Of a stretch of 60,688 nt of DNA, positions 22,137 to 32,157 are shown in pieces. Location of the stretch: contig JBBRZL010000001.1 in assembly GCA_038236735.1 (NCBI GenBank), positions 1 through 60,688 of the forward strand. The letters run 5' to 3'. The stretch is from Holophagales bacterium (GTDB lineage: Bacteria; Acidobacteriota; Holophagae; Holophagales; Holophagaceae). The translations under genes and the position numbers were made by a program. A model generated the notes under the pieces. It saw only the letters and a program-made list of their open reading frames with translations, did not search any database and was not told the DNA's origin. Numbering within the stretch: position 1 is the stretch's first letter; each line of letters opens with the position of its first letter.

Positions 22137-23336
22137 ATGACTGTTGCTTCCGGCTCCACATCTGCTGCCCTTGCCCTGCTCACGAAGGGCACCGTGGCGT
22201 GCCACAAACTCGAGCAGCTCGAGGCGAAACTCAAGGAGGGCCGGCCCCTGCGGATCAAGGCCGGCTTTGATCCCACGGCGCCAGACCTGCATCTCGGCCA
22301 CGGCGTGCTCATCCGCAAGATGGCCCAGTTCCAGCAGCTGGGCCACGAGGTCACCTTCCTCATCGGCGATTTCACGGGGCTCATCGGCGATCCCACCGGT
22401 AAGAAGGCCACCCGTCCCCCCCTCACCCGCGAAGAGGTGCTGGCCAACGCCGAGACCTACAAGACCCAGGTCTTCAAGCTCCTGGATCCCGAGAAGACCA
22501 AGGTCCGCTTCAACAGCGAGTGGTTCGGCCACCTGGCCGGCGAGGGCTGGATCCGCCTGGCCTCCCGGTTCACAGTGGCCCAGATGCTGGAACGGAACGA
22601 TTTCGCCAAGCGCATGGAGGCCCGCGAACCCATCGCCCTCCACGAACTGCTCTACCCCCTCGTCCAGGCCTACGATTCCGTCGCCCTGGAGGCCGACGTG
22701 GAGCTGGGCGGCAACGACCAGCTCTTCAACCTCATGCAGGGTCGCATCCTCCAGGAGGCCTCGGGCCAGAAGCCCCAGGTGGTGCTCACCGTGCCGCTTC
22801 TGTTGGGCCTCGACGGCGTCGAGAAGATGTCCAAGTCCCTGGGCAACTACATCGGGTTCATGGAGGATCCGGACACCCAGTTCGGCAAGGCCATGAGCAT
22901 CAGCGACACCCTCATGTGGGACTGGTACCTGCTGCTCACGGACCAGCTGCCCGCGGAGATCGAGAAGCTCAAGCAGGGCCATCCCATGGCGGCCAAGAAG
23001 GCCCTGGCCCGCCAGATCGTGGCGGATTTCCACGGGGCCGCCGCGGGCCAGGAAGCCGAGGATCGCTGGATCCGCCGGTTCTCCGAACGCAACCAGGAAG
23101 AGGCCCCTGACATCACCATGGCCCCCACGGAAGGCGAGGTCCACCTGACCCGCCTGCTGGTGGACCGCGGCCTCGCTGGCAGCCGCAAAGAGGCCGAGCG
23201 CCTCGTCGGCCAGGGCGCCGTGAGCCTGGATGGCCGGAAGGCCCTGGATCCTGCCCTGCGACTGGCCCTGCATTCCGGTCAATCTCTGCTGGTGAAGGTA
23301 GGCAAACTCAAGCTCGAGCGATGGGTGGTCACATGA
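22137..23336 (+). CDS. tyrS: Tyrosine--tRNA ligase
   Basis: [13 protein letters not shown] (HIGH-type), [19 protein letters not shown]-terminal S4 domain. Confidence 0.97.
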   Translation: MTVASGSTSAALALLTKGTVACHKLEQLEAKLKEGRPLRIKAGFDPTAPDLHLGHGVLIRKMAQFQQLGHEVTFLIGDFTGLIGDPTGKKATRPPLTREEVLANAETYKTQVFKLLDPEKTKVRFNSEWFGHLAGEGWIRLASRFTVAQMLERNDFAKRMEAREPIALHELLYPLVQAYDSVALEADVELGGNDQLFNLMQGRILQEASGQKPQVVLTVPLLLGLDGVEKMSKSLGNYIGFMEDPDTQFGKAMSISDTLMWDWYLLLTDQLPAEIEKLKQGHPMAAKKALARQIVADFHGAAAGQEAEDRWIRRFSERNQEEAPDITMAPTEGEVHLTRLLVDRGLAGSRKEAERLVGQGAVSLDGRKALDPALRLALHSGQSLLVKVGKLKLERWVVT

Positions 23337-24967
23337 GCCTTCTGGCCCTCAAGGATCTGTTCGCCCGGCACCGGGCCCGTGCCACCGGCCTGTGGCGCCT
23401 GGGCCAGGAGCCCACCCGGACGGTGTTCATCGATGCCGGCGACATTGTCTTCGCGGCCAGCACCCACCCCCTGGATCGCCTGACCCACCTGCTGGTGGAG
23501 CGGGGCAAGATCACTCAGGCCCAACTCGACTACACCATGGCCAATCTCAACCCGACCATGTCCATCGGCAAGAACCTCATCGAGATGGGCTTCATCACCC
23601 AGCGGGACCTGCTGGACGTGGCCCGGGCCCAGGTGGAACGGGTGGTCTGGGCCGGGATCGCGGATACGGCGGATGCGCCCGCCTTCGAGGCCAAGGACCT
23701 GGATGCCACCACGGTGCGGCTGCCCTTCGATACGGCCGCCATGCTGTTGGCGGGAGTCCTGGAACTGAAGGACCGCGAACGGGTTCTGGAAGAACTCGGT
23801 CCCCTGAACCAGGTGGTGGTGCTGGAGGGCCGCCGCCTCCAGGAAATGACCCTCCCCCCGGACCTGGCCAGACTGCCGGGCCTGCTCGACGGCAGCCGGA
23901 CCCTCATGGAACTGAGCCGGGAATCCGGCGTCGAACCCTTCCGGCTGGGGGCCTTCATCCTCTTCCTGCGGGAGATCGGGTGGGCCAGGCTCCACGAACT
24001 GCCACCTCTGGACCGCCGGGCCCTGGAACTGGCCCTGGACCCTCCCGACTCCATCATCACTCCGCCCCTGCCGGAACCCCCAGAGGCGCCCCAGCCCTCC
24101 CTGTTCGCCGAGATCCACGCCAGCCAGCTGCCGACCACGAATCTGGAACATCTTTCCGAGGCGCTGGATCGCTTGGGCCCCGAGGATGAACTGGACGATC
24201 CCTTCCCCCCAGAGACGAATCCCCCGGTCTCGGTCGAACCTGCCCTGCCCATTCAACATGAGGCCGCGGGCACCACGGAACAGCCGTCACCCCCTTCGAT
24301 GGCGGCGATCAGGGCACCTTCCCGGCGCTACCTCGGCCTGCTCGCTGTCCTGGTTCTTCTCGGGGGCCTCTGGGCCAGCCTCCGTTGGTTCCGTCAGCAC
24401 CGGGTCGCGCCGCCCATCGCCTCAATGGCCGCCGAGCCGAGCCCTAAGGCCAAGCCCCTGGTTCCCGTCCCGGAGGGTTCCAAACCCCTCCCAATCAAGG
24501 AGCCGGAGCCCGTACCCAAACCCGAGGCACCCCAACCGGAAGCCCCCAGACCCGAACCACCCAAACCAGCCAGCCCCCCACCGCCCGTTCCCAAGCCAGC
24601 GATGGCCACGGTTTCTTCTAAGACCGAACGGCTCCAGACCATCCTCCAGGGTGATTTCAAGCGAGCCCTGGTTCAGGGTGCAGCCCAGAGGAAGGCCCTT
24701 CAGGGTCGCTGGTCCCTCCGGCTGGAAATCGCGTGCCAGGGCAGCACGGTCCAGCATGCCGCCGACCTGCTCAAAGAGAGGGATCCTGACCTCTTCCTGG
24801 TACCGATGGCCATGCGCGACAGCAGAACCTGCTACCAGGTCTTTCTGGGGTCCTTCGGTTCCGAGGCTGCCGCCAAGGCCGCTGCCCAGAAGCTGCCCCC
24901 CCCCTTCCTGGCCGAAGGCAACCGCCCGAAGCCCTTCCGCGTGGCCCTGATTCCCGATCGGCAGTAG
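23333..24967 (+). CDS. DUF4388-like N-terminal domain, TM helix, Pro-rich linker, SPOR-like domain
   Basis: [31 protein letters not shown]; TM near aa 335; [23 protein letters not shown]; ATGA overlap with tyrS. Confidence 0.75.
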   Translation: MSLLALKDLFARHRARATGLWRLGQEPTRTVFIDAGDIVFAASTHPLDRLTHLLVERGKITQAQLDYTMANLNPTMSIGKNLIEMGFITQRDLLDVARAQVERVVWAGIADTADAPAFEAKDLDATTVRLPFDTAAMLLAGVLELKDRERVLEELGPLNQVVVLEGRRLQEMTLPPDLARLPGLLDGSRTLMELSRESGVEPFRLGAFILFLREIGWARLHELPPLDRRALELALDPPDSIITPPLPEPPEAPQPSLFAEIHASQLPTTNLEHLSEALDRLGPEDELDDPFPPETNPPVSVEPALPIQHEAAGTTEQPSPPSMAAIRAPSRRYLGLLAVLVLLGGLWASLRWFRQHRVAPPIASMAAEPSPKAKPLVPVPEGSKPLPIKEPEPVPKPEAPQPEAPRPEPPKPASPPPPVPKPAMATVSSKTERLQTILQGDFKRALVQGAAQRKALQGRWSLRLEIACQGSTVQHAADLLKERDPDLFLVPMAMRDSRTCYQVFLGSFGSEAAAKAAAQKLPPPFLAEGNRPKPFRVALIPDRQ

Positions 24968-24970
24968 CGT

Positions 24971-25080
24971 ATTCTAAACACAACAATCGCAAGATATATC
25001 CTTATTTGAATGATGGCACCTTTACAAATGATCTAAACTCGACAATACTTTATATGTATACGAGCTGGTCCATTAAACAC
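24971..25080. promoter_or_regulatory. AT-rich intergenic block upstream of rlpA
   Basis: 36 G+C in 110 nt (about 33%) against a GC-rich background. Confidence 0.45.
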
Positions 25081-25228
25081 GACCTGTTGATCTTTGTGGA
25101 GCCCAATGACGTCCCTCTTCCATCCCACCAACTGGAGCAAGGCCTGTTCTTCCTGGATCCATGAGATCCATGTGGTCTTCGACCCTCCAGCTCCGGTGGA
25201 TCCTGGCAGAGGTGGATTCCTCCGGCTC

Positions 25229-25951
25229 ATGCGCTGGAGCACCCCAAGGGTGGCCACCCTGGTGATTCTCAGTTTCACCTTGCACTGCACGCGCCCTCCG
25301 GTCTCGCTCTCCACTCCTGAGAGTCGCTCGGGGGATGGCGCCAACGCTGCTGAAGGTCAGCCCTACGTGGAAGAGGGTCTGGCCAGCTGGTACGGTGGAA
25401 ATGATGACGGCTTCGCAGGCCGGCCCACGGCCAACGGGGAAATATTCGACCCAGAGCAGTACACCTGTGCCCATCGGACTCTGCCCCTCGGCAGTTTCGT
25501 GGAAGTCGAAAACCTCGACAACCACAAGCGGGCCGTATTGCGAGTGAACGATCGCGGTCCATTCATCAAGGGCCGAATCCTGGATCTCTCCAAAAAGGGT
25601 GCCCAGGAGTTGGGCTTCATGGGCCGTGGCACTTCCCGGATCCGCCTGCGTTCCGTGGATGCCATGGGCCTGCCCACGCCTCTGGATGCGGCCCTGGACC
25701 ATGCAGATCCCTTTGTGGTGCAGGTAGCAGCACTTTCTGATCCCAAGAATATCGAGCTACTTACGCGCGAACTTGAAAACACCTTCGGCGTGGTCACGCT
25801 GCAGGGGACCTACACCCGAGGCGGCCAATCCGTGAAGCGGGTGCGCGTGGGCAGCTTCACCCGTCGGCAGGATGCGGAGCAGTCCGCCGAGCAGATCGCC
25901 AAGCTCCTCAAGGACCGCGGAGTCGAACCCTTTGTCACGCGACTCCACTGA
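25229..25951 (+). CDS. rlpA: Septal ring lytic transglycosylase RlpA with SPOR domain
   Basis: Lipoprotein-like FTLHC; GLASWYG, TANGE, AHRTLPLG, VNDRGPF, RILDLS; C-terminal SPOR. Confidence 0.93.
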   Translation: MRWSTPRVATLVILSFTLHCTRPPVSLSTPESRSGDGANAAEGQPYVEEGLASWYGGNDDGFAGRPTANGEIFDPEQYTCAHRTLPLGSFVEVENLDNHKRAVLRVNDRGPFIKGRILDLSKKGAQELGFMGRGTSRIRLRSVDAMGLPTPLDAALDHADPFVVQVAALSDPKNIELLTRELENTFGVVTLQGTYTRGGQSVKRVRVGSFTRRQDAEQSAEQIAKLLKDRGVEPFVTRLH

Positions 25952-26624
25952 ACCGCAACCCATCTTCCTGATCATTCCCGCTGGAGGACGAGGGCTGCGC
26001 ATGGGCGGAGGCCTGCCCAAGCAGTTCCGGGACTGGGATGGACGCCCCCTGCTGCAGGCCACCGTCGAGGCCTTCCTGGCCCACGGAATGCCCAACCTTG
26101 CGGGCATCGCCCTGGCCGTCCCGGAATCCCACCTGACTGAAGCTCGCAGCTGGTCCTTCGGGGTTCCCTGCGTGGTGGTCCCCGGTGGCGGCACCCGGCA
26201 GGAATCCGTGTGGGCGGCCCTGCGCGCCCTACCGAACCGACCCCTTGCCCCAGTGATGATCCACGATGCCGTGCGTCCCTTCCCGCCAGCCGCACCCCTC
26301 TGGGAGGCCCTTGATACCCTCAATCGGTTCGATGGTGTCCTGCTGGGGGAACCCTCTACCGACACCCTCAAGCGGGTGGATTCGCGTGGCTGCGTCCTGC
26401 GTACCGAGCCGCGCGAGGAGTTCTTCCGGGCCCAGACACCGCAGATCGCCCGCCTGGAGACCTGGCTCAAGGCCTTCCAGTCCGCCCACGAAGCCGGGGT
26501 CACGGGTACGGATGACGTGGCCCTCCTGGAACGCCTAGGGCTGACCGTGAAACTCATTCCCAGTCCAAGTTCCAATCTGAAGCTGACCACCCCCGAGGAC
26601 TGGGAGCGCTCACGCCCCCACTGA
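25932..26624 (+). CDS. ispD: 2-C-methyl-D-erythritol 4-phosphate cytidylyltransferase
   Basis: PAGGRGLRMG..PKQF, GGGTRQESV, IHDAVRP, AQTPQ, TDD, NLKLTTPED; TTG start inferred. Confidence 0.9.
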   Translation: MSRDSTEPQPIFLIIPAGGRGLRMGGGLPKQFRDWDGRPLLQATVEAFLAHGMPNLAGIALAVPESHLTEARSWSFGVPCVVVPGGGTRQESVWAALRALPNRPLAPVMIHDAVRPFPPAAPLWEALDTLNRFDGVLLGEPSTDTLKRVDSRGCVLRTEPREEFFRAQTPQIARLETWLKAFQSAHEAGVTGTDDVALLERLGLTVKLIPSPSSNLKLTTPEDWERSRPH

Positions 26625-26718
26625 CCACAGTGTGTGGTCATTACACCCACAAAGTGTCCTTACGAGCACAATCTAAGTCATGAAATGATTTAGATTGTGC
26701 CGTGGCACAGAATTGGCA
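26622..26718 (+). promoter_or_regulatory. Candidate sigma-54 promoter with upstream palindromes
   Basis: TGGCACAGAATTGGCA at 26703-26718 (GG-N10-GC); TGACCACA-N3-TGTGGTCA at 26622-26640; 16-bp near-perfect inverted repeat at 26666-26700. Confidence 0.55.
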
Positions 26719-26739
26719 TGTGGAACCGCGAGGATTCCC

Positions 26740-27660
26740 ATGCCCCGCACTGTCACGCCCCAGACCCTGAGCCGAGAGATCACGATCTCCGGCCATGGCC
26801 TGCATGGCAACCGGCCCTGCTCCGTGCGGCTGGTGCCCGTGACCACCCTTTCGGGCCTGACCTTCGTCCATACCCCCACCGGCACCGAGATTCCCGCCAA
26901 GGCGGAACTCGCCGGTGACCTTGTCCTCTCCACCACCCTGGTGAAGGACGGCGTGCGACTCCAGACCATCGAACACCTGCTGTCCGCCCTGTCCGGTCTG
27001 GAGGTGGAGCACCTTCGCATCGAAGTGGACGCCGAAGAACTGCCCATCCTGGACGGCAGCGCCGCCCCCTGGGTGGACGCCATCCTGCAGGCGGGTCTCC
27101 AGGCCCTGGAGGGTCGTCGCCGGTTCATGAAGATCACCCGGCCCGTGGAAGTGCGGAATGGCGACCGCTGGATTCGCGCCCTGCCCTTCGATGGCTTGCG
27201 CCTCCGCTACGTCATTGATTTCCCCATTCCCGCCCTGGGCCGCCAGAGCCGCGAACTGAGCCTCACGCCGGAGAAGTACCGCCGTGAACTGGGTGCCGCC
27301 CGCACCTTCTGCCTGGCCCAGGAAATCGACCAGATGCGCGCCCGTGGGCTGGCCCTTGGCGGCAGCCTGGACAATGCCGTGGTTTTCGGCGCCGAGGGCC
27401 CCTTGAACGAATCCCTCCGCTTCGAGGACGAAGCCGTGCGCCACAAGATGCTCGACCTGGTGGGCGATCTGGCCCTGCTGGGCGCGCCCCTGCTGGGTCT
27501 CGTGGAGGCCCACGCAGCCGGCCACGCCCTGCATGTGGCCCTGGCCCAGGCCATCCTTGCCGACCCCAGTTGCTGGGAATGGACCGAAGAGGCCGAACCC
27601 GCGAACGTGCGGTTCTTCTTTCAGGCTGCCGACCTCAGTGCTGCCGCCCAGACGGCCTGA
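26740..27660 (+). CDS. lpxC: UDP-3-O-acyl-GlcNAc deacetylase
   Basis: GHGLHG, TIEHLLSAL, ELPILDGSA, ARTF, GGSLDNA, RHKMLDLVGDL, AGHALH. Confidence 0.96.
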   Translation: MPRTVTPQTLSREITISGHGLHGNRPCSVRLVPVTTLSGLTFVHTPTGTEIPAKAELAGDLVLSTTLVKDGVRLQTIEHLLSALSGLEVEHLRIEVDAEELPILDGSAAPWVDAILQAGLQALEGRRRFMKITRPVEVRNGDRWIRALPFDGLRLRYVIDFPIPALGRQSRELSLTPEKYRRELGAARTFCLAQEIDQMRARGLALGGSLDNAVVFGAEGPLNESLRFEDEAVRHKMLDLVGDLALLGAPLLGLVEAHAAGHALHVALAQAILADPSCWEWTEEAEPANVRFFFQAADLSAAAQTA

Positions 27661-27726
27661 GCCGATCAGCATTTCCAGTTGCGGTGCTGCCACTGAAGCT
27701 GGCAGGCTGAGTCCTTCACCTTCGAG

Positions 27727-29088
27727 GTGCACAGGTGTTACTTCATCCCCATCACTGAGCTGACGAACCGGGCGGACCTGCCCGGGTGGGTGGCCGCTCT
27801 GGCCAGAAACAGTGAGGGGGAGCTGGCAACCCGGGAGGCCGTGGCCGCCATCCTGGCGGACGTGCGCCGGGACGGGCTGCTGGCGGTACTCGCCTGGACC
27901 ACCCGGCTGGACGGCGTGCGCTTGGACGCGGCCTTCGCCCGAATTCCCGAGGCAGCCTTGCAGCAGGCCCGCCGAGAGCTTGATCGCACCCAGCCGGAGC
28001 TCATGACGGCGCTGCGCACCATGATCGCCAACATCCGCCGCTTCGCCGAAGGGCAGCGGTCCTGCCTGCTGGACCTGGCCCTGCCCCTGTCTGGAGGCGG
28101 CACCGTGGGCGAGCGCTGGTGCCCGCTCCAGACCGCGGGCGTCTACATCCCCGGCGGCCGGGCCTTCTACCCTTCCACCCTGGCCATGACGGTCATCCCA
28201 GCCCAGGTCGCGGGCGTGGGCCGCATCGTGGGCGTCACGCCCCCAAAGGTCCAGCCCACGCTGCCTGGCGCCTGGGGCGTGGATCCCCTGGTGCTGGCCT
28301 GCGCGGCGGAACTGGGCCTCACGGAACTCTATCCCTTCGGCGGCGCCCAGGCCCTGGGCTGGCTGGCCTATGGTGAGCCCACCGTGGATCTTATCGCCGG
28401 TCCCGGCAACCGCTTTGTGGCCGAGGCCAAGCGGCAGCTCATCGGCACCTGCGGCATCGATGCCCTGGCCGGGCCCACAGAACTGCTGATTCTCGCGGAT
28501 GCCAGCGCCAATCCCGCCTGGCTCGCCGAGGATCTGCTGGCCCAGGCCGAACACGATCCCGATGCGGCGGCGGTGCTGGTGAGCGCTGACCGCGCCCTCC
28601 TGGAGGCTGTGGCCGTGGAACTCCTTGCCCGCGTCGAGGCCTCGCCCCGCCGGGACATCCTCGAACAGAGCCTGGGCACGCACGGCCGGCTGGTCTGCGC
28701 CGACCGGGACCTGGCCATCGCCCTGGCCCAGGTCTGGGCCCCCGAGCACCTCGAACTCTGCGTCAGCGAGCCGGACGCCTGGCTACCCTGGCTCACCACC
28801 GCGGGCGCCGTCTTTATAGGCAGCGCCAGTGCCGAAGCCTTCGGCGATTATGGCGCGGGACCGAATCACGTGCTGCCCACGGACCGCAGCGCTCGCTACA
28901 CCAGCCCCCTGGGCGTGGCCACCTTCCTCAAGCGTCAGAGCCTCCTGCGCCTGACCTCTGCCGATGCGGCGGCCATGGCCCCCTGGGTGGCGCGGCTGGC
29001 CGAAGCGGAAGGGCTCCCGCACCACGGCCGCAGCGCCAGTCTGCGCACCCAGTCAGATCCGAGTCTGCGCGCCCAGCATCGTCCCTAG
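27727..29088 (+). CDS. hisD: Histidinol dehydrogenase
   Basis: GVYIPGG, GGAQA, GPGNRFVAEAK, AGPTE, QAEHD, APEHL, GPNHVLPT. Confidence 0.95.
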   Translation: MHRCYFIPITELTNRADLPGWVAALARNSEGELATREAVAAILADVRRDGLLAVLAWTTRLDGVRLDAAFARIPEAALQQARRELDRTQPELMTALRTMIANIRRFAEGQRSCLLDLALPLSGGGTVGERWCPLQTAGVYIPGGRAFYPSTLAMTVIPAQVAGVGRIVGVTPPKVQPTLPGAWGVDPLVLACAAELGLTELYPFGGAQALGWLAYGEPTVDLIAGPGNRFVAEAKRQLIGTCGIDALAGPTELLILADASANPAWLAEDLLAQAEHDPDAAAVLVSADRALLEAVAVELLARVEASPRRDILEQSLGTHGRLVCADRDLAIALAQVWAPEHLELCVSEPDAWLPWLTTAGAVFIGSASAEAFGDYGAGPNHVLPTDRSARYTSPLGVATFLKRQSLLRLTSADAAAMAPWVARLAEAEGLPHHGRSASLRTQSDPSLRAQHRP

Positions 29089-29171
29089 CGCGGCCCTGTT
29101 CGACCCAGGTTCCCGCCTCGCTTCTCCTCGCAGAAGGCCCGGCTTTCCTCCTACTCTCAAATTGAGCCCCC

Positions 29172-30935
29172 ATGCCACTCCTACGCCCCGACCTGTCCGA
29201 CCTGCCCGCCTATCAGCGGCCGCCTGAGCCGTCTGGAGGCCTGCGCCTGCACATGAACGAGGCCGCCAACGACTGGCCCGAAGTGGCCCGGAAGGCCCTC
29301 CTGGCGAGGCTTCGCGACCTGCCCTTCAACCTGTATCCAGAGCGCCAGGGCGAGCTCACTGAACGGCTGCGGAGGCGTCTGGGCGTGCCCGAGGGCGGCC
29401 TGCTGTTGGGGCCCTCCTCCGGCGCCCTCCTGGACCTGGTGGCCATGGCCGGTCTGACTCCCGGCGACGAGGTGGCCATTCCCGAGCCCGGTTTCAGCCT
29501 CTATCCCCTGCTGGTGCGGCGGCACGGCGGCCGGGTGCGGCCGGTGCCCCAGGGCACCGGCTTCCCCCTGGCGCCCTGGTTCCAGACCCTGGACTGCCGC
29601 CAGATCTGGCTCACCCTGCCCAACAATCCCACGGGAGCATGGGTTGCTCCGGCGGTGCTGGAGCCCCTGCTGGCCGCGGCGGCGGCCCAGCCCGATCCCC
29701 CCCTGGTGGTGCTGGACGAGGCCTATGCAGAGTTCGCCCCGGCCACCCACCGCCTCGCCGTGGACCGCTATCCGAACCTCGTGTTGCTGCGCACCTTCAG
29801 CAAGGCCCTGGCCTCTGCCGCCTGGCGCCTCGGCTACCTGGTGGGCGATCCCACCCTGGTCGCGAAGCTCACCACCCTGCAGCTGCCCTACTCCCTGCCC
29901 GCGGCCAGCCTGGAGGCCCTGGACGTGGCTCTGGATTTCGCCAGCGAGTTCGAGGCCGTCGTGCGCGCCTTGCCTGAGCGCCGCGATCGCCTCGCCGCCG
30001 CTCTGCCCGCCCATCACACCGCTCCGAGCGCCGGCAACTTCCTGCACCTGTCGCCAGATCCCTCGAAGGTCCTGGAGGCCGCAGGCCTGAAGGTGCGCCG
30101 CCTGCCCGGCGCCGATGCCGCCCGCATCACCATTCCCACCGAGGAGGGCACGGCTCGCCTGGCCTCCGCTCTCGGCGCGACCCTGCCCGGTCCGGCGCCG
30201 AGACCGCGCCGGCGGCTGCTTGTCCTCGACATCGACGGCGTGCTCATCGACGCGGATCGCAGTTTCATGGAGGCCGTGGCCCGCGCCTTGGCGGAACTGC
30301 GTCCCACCCTGCCCTGGTCCGACGGGGCCTACCGCGCCTTCAAGCGCCTGGGCGGTTTCAATAATGATTTCCGCCTGACGGCCGGGGCTCTGGCCCTGGC
30401 CGAAACCAAAGGAGACGTGAACCTGCAACCGATCGTCGAGCAGGCCGTGGGCCGTGGCTTTCCGGAGCTGGAGGCCCGCATGCAGGCGCTCGAACCCCCG
30501 GCACAGGTAGTGGTACAGAAGCACTACGCCAACACCATCCACCTGGAGCGGCCGCTGGTGTCGCTGGCGGAACTCCAGACCACGGGCTGGGAGCTGGCGG
30601 TACTGACCGGTCGGCCCCCGGAGGAACTGGAACTGGCCTGGCGAGTGCTCGGCTTCCAGCTGCCCGCGGTCTGTGATGCGGCCCCTCACCTCCGCAAGCC
30701 GGAACCTGCAGGGCTGCTGCAACTGGCGGACGCCTTCCGAGCCGAGGAGATCCTCTTCGTGGGCGACACCGTAGACGATGCCGGCTGTCTGCGGGCCGCT
30801 GCGGCCCAGCGGCCGGAGTTCCAGTGGCGCTTCGCCGCCCTCGGGCCGGACCGCGCGCGCTTCGTTTCGCCAGCAGATGTCCAAGCCGTCAGCCTGCGCG
30901 ACCTGCTGCCAATCTTGAACCAGGAGCTGCCATGA
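29172..30935 (+). CDS. hisC: Histidinol-phosphate aminotransferase fused to a HAD phosphatase (probable histidinol-phosphatase)
   Basis: NNPTG, DEAY, LRTFSKA; then LDIDGVLID, GGFNND, LTGRP, KPEP, GDTVDD. Confidence 0.88.
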   Translation: MPLLRPDLSDLPAYQRPPEPSGGLRLHMNEAANDWPEVARKALLARLRDLPFNLYPERQGELTERLRRRLGVPEGGLLLGPSSGALLDLVAMAGLTPGDEVAIPEPGFSLYPLLVRRHGGRVRPVPQGTGFPLAPWFQTLDCRQIWLTLPNNPTGAWVAPAVLEPLLAAAAAQPDPPLVVLDEAYAEFAPATHRLAVDRYPNLVLLRTFSKALASAAWRLGYLVGDPTLVAKLTTLQLPYSLPAASLEALDVALDFASEFEAVVRALPERRDRLAAALPAHHTAPSAGNFLHLSPDPSKVLEAAGLKVRRLPGADAARITIPTEEGTARLASALGATLPGPAPRPRRRLLVLDIDGVLIDADRSFMEAVARALAELRPTLPWSDGAYRAFKRLGGFNNDFRLTAGALALAETKGDVNLQPIVEQAVGRGFPELEARMQALEPPAQVVVQKHYANTIHLERPLVSLAELQTTGWELAVLTGRPPEELELAWRVLGFQLPAVCDAAPHLRKPEPAGLLQLADAFRAEEILFVGDTVDDAGCLRAAAAQRPEFQWRFAALGPDRARFVSPADVQAVSLRDLLPILNQELP

Positions 30936-31516
30936 GGACCGCCACCCTCCACCGCGCCACCGCCGAAACGGATGTACGGCTGACCCTGCATCTCGATGGT
31001 GGCGAGGCCCGCATCCAGACGGGCCTCGCCTATTTCGACCACATGCTGATGCAGCTGGCGAAGCACGGGGGCTTCGGGCTCATCATCGAGGCCACGGGCG
31101 ACCTGCCCGTGGACTGCCACCACGTGGTCGAGGACGTGGGCCTCTGCCTGGGTGATGCCCTGAGGTCGGCCCTGGGCGACCGCACCGGCCTCACCCGCTT
31201 CGCCCACGCCTACGTGCCCCTGGATGAGGCTTTGGCCCGGGTGGTGGTGGACCTGTCGGGCCGCCCCTGGTGCGAGTTCCACGCGGAGCTGCCGCCCATC
31301 ATCATTGGCGACGGCTTCCAGGTGGAGATGGTCCGGGAGTTCTTCATCGCCCTGGCCATGCGCGGGGGCCTCGCCCTCCACGCAGACCTGCTGCGAGGGG
31401 TGAACACCCATCACAAGGTCGAGGCCCTCTTCAAGGCCCTGGCGAAGGCCTTGCGCCAGGCCACGCGGGTGGAGGGCACCAGCGTTCCCTCCACCAAGGG
31501 GACGCTCTCCGCATGA
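30932..31516 (+). CDS. hisB: Imidazoleglycerol-phosphate dehydratase (monofunctional)
   Basis: FDHML, GDL.VD.HH.VED, PLDEAL, NTHHKVEALFKA, PSTKG. Confidence 0.96.
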   Translation: MRTATLHRATAETDVRLTLHLDGGEARIQTGLAYFDHMLMQLAKHGGFGLIIEATGDLPVDCHHVVEDVGLCLGDALRSALGDRTGLTRFAHAYVPLDEALARVVVDLSGRPWCEFHAELPPIIIGDGFQVEMVREFFIALAMRGGLALHADLLRGVNTHHKVEALFKALAKALRQATRVEGTSVPSTKGTLSA

Positions 31517-32157
31517 GCGAACCGGACGTGATCACCCTCATCGACTACGACGCGGGCAACCTGGCGTCCCTGGAAGGCGCCCTGGATCGTCTGGGGCTGC
31601 CCTACCAGCGCGCCGCGACACCCGATCAGGCCGCCCTCGGCGGGCCCATCGTGCTACCGGGCGTAGGCCATTTCGAGGCGGCGCAACGATCGCTGCGCGA
31701 ACGCGGCTGGTGGCGGCTCCTGCCGACCCTGGTGGCCGAGGGCCGGCCCCTGCTGGGCATCTGCCTGGGCCTGCAGCTGCTCGCCGAGGGCAGCGAGGAA
31801 GCCCCCCGGGCCTCCGGACTAGGGCTCCTTCCCGGCATCGTGCGGCGCCTGGGGCCGGGCGTGAAGGTGCCCCACATGGGCTGGAGTCGGGTGCGCCAGT
31901 ACAATCCCCATCCGGCCCTCGCGGATCCTCAGGGCGGTTGGCTCTACTTCGTCCACAGCTTCGCCCTGGAACCCTCCGTGCAGACCGTCTTCGTGGCCGA
32001 GCACGGCCGGCCCTTCACCGCCATCGCCGCCCGGGGCTCTGTCCTGGGCTTCCAGCCCCATCCCGAGAAATCCGGGCCCGTGGGCCTGCTCATGCTGAAG
32101 TCCGCCCTGGCCTGGATGGGCATCGCGGCACCTGCACCGGAGGTGCCATGCAACTGA
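31513..32157 (+). CDS. hisH: IGP synthase glutaminase subunit
   Basis: DYDAGNL, LPGVG, GICLGLQ, VPHMGW, YFVHSF, QPHPEKSG. Confidence 0.95.
   Translation: MSEPDVITLIDYDAGNLASLEGALDRLGLPYQRAATPDQAALGGPIVLPGVGHFEAAQRSLRERGWWRLLPTLVAEGRPLLGICLGLQLLAEGSEEAPRASGLGLLPGIVRRLGPGVKVPHMGWSRVRQYNPHPALADPQGGWLYFVHSFALEPSVQTVFVAEHGRPFTAIAARGSVLGFQPHPEKSGPVGLLMLKSALAWMGIAAPAPEVPCN

Noticed and set aside
24971-25110. oriC or dif site in the AT-rich block
   Set aside because: No TTATCCACA-type DnaA boxes; the TGTATA hexamer lacks XerC/XerD arms
27661-27726. his attenuator or leader peptide
   Set aside because: No His-codon run and no terminator/antiterminator pair visible
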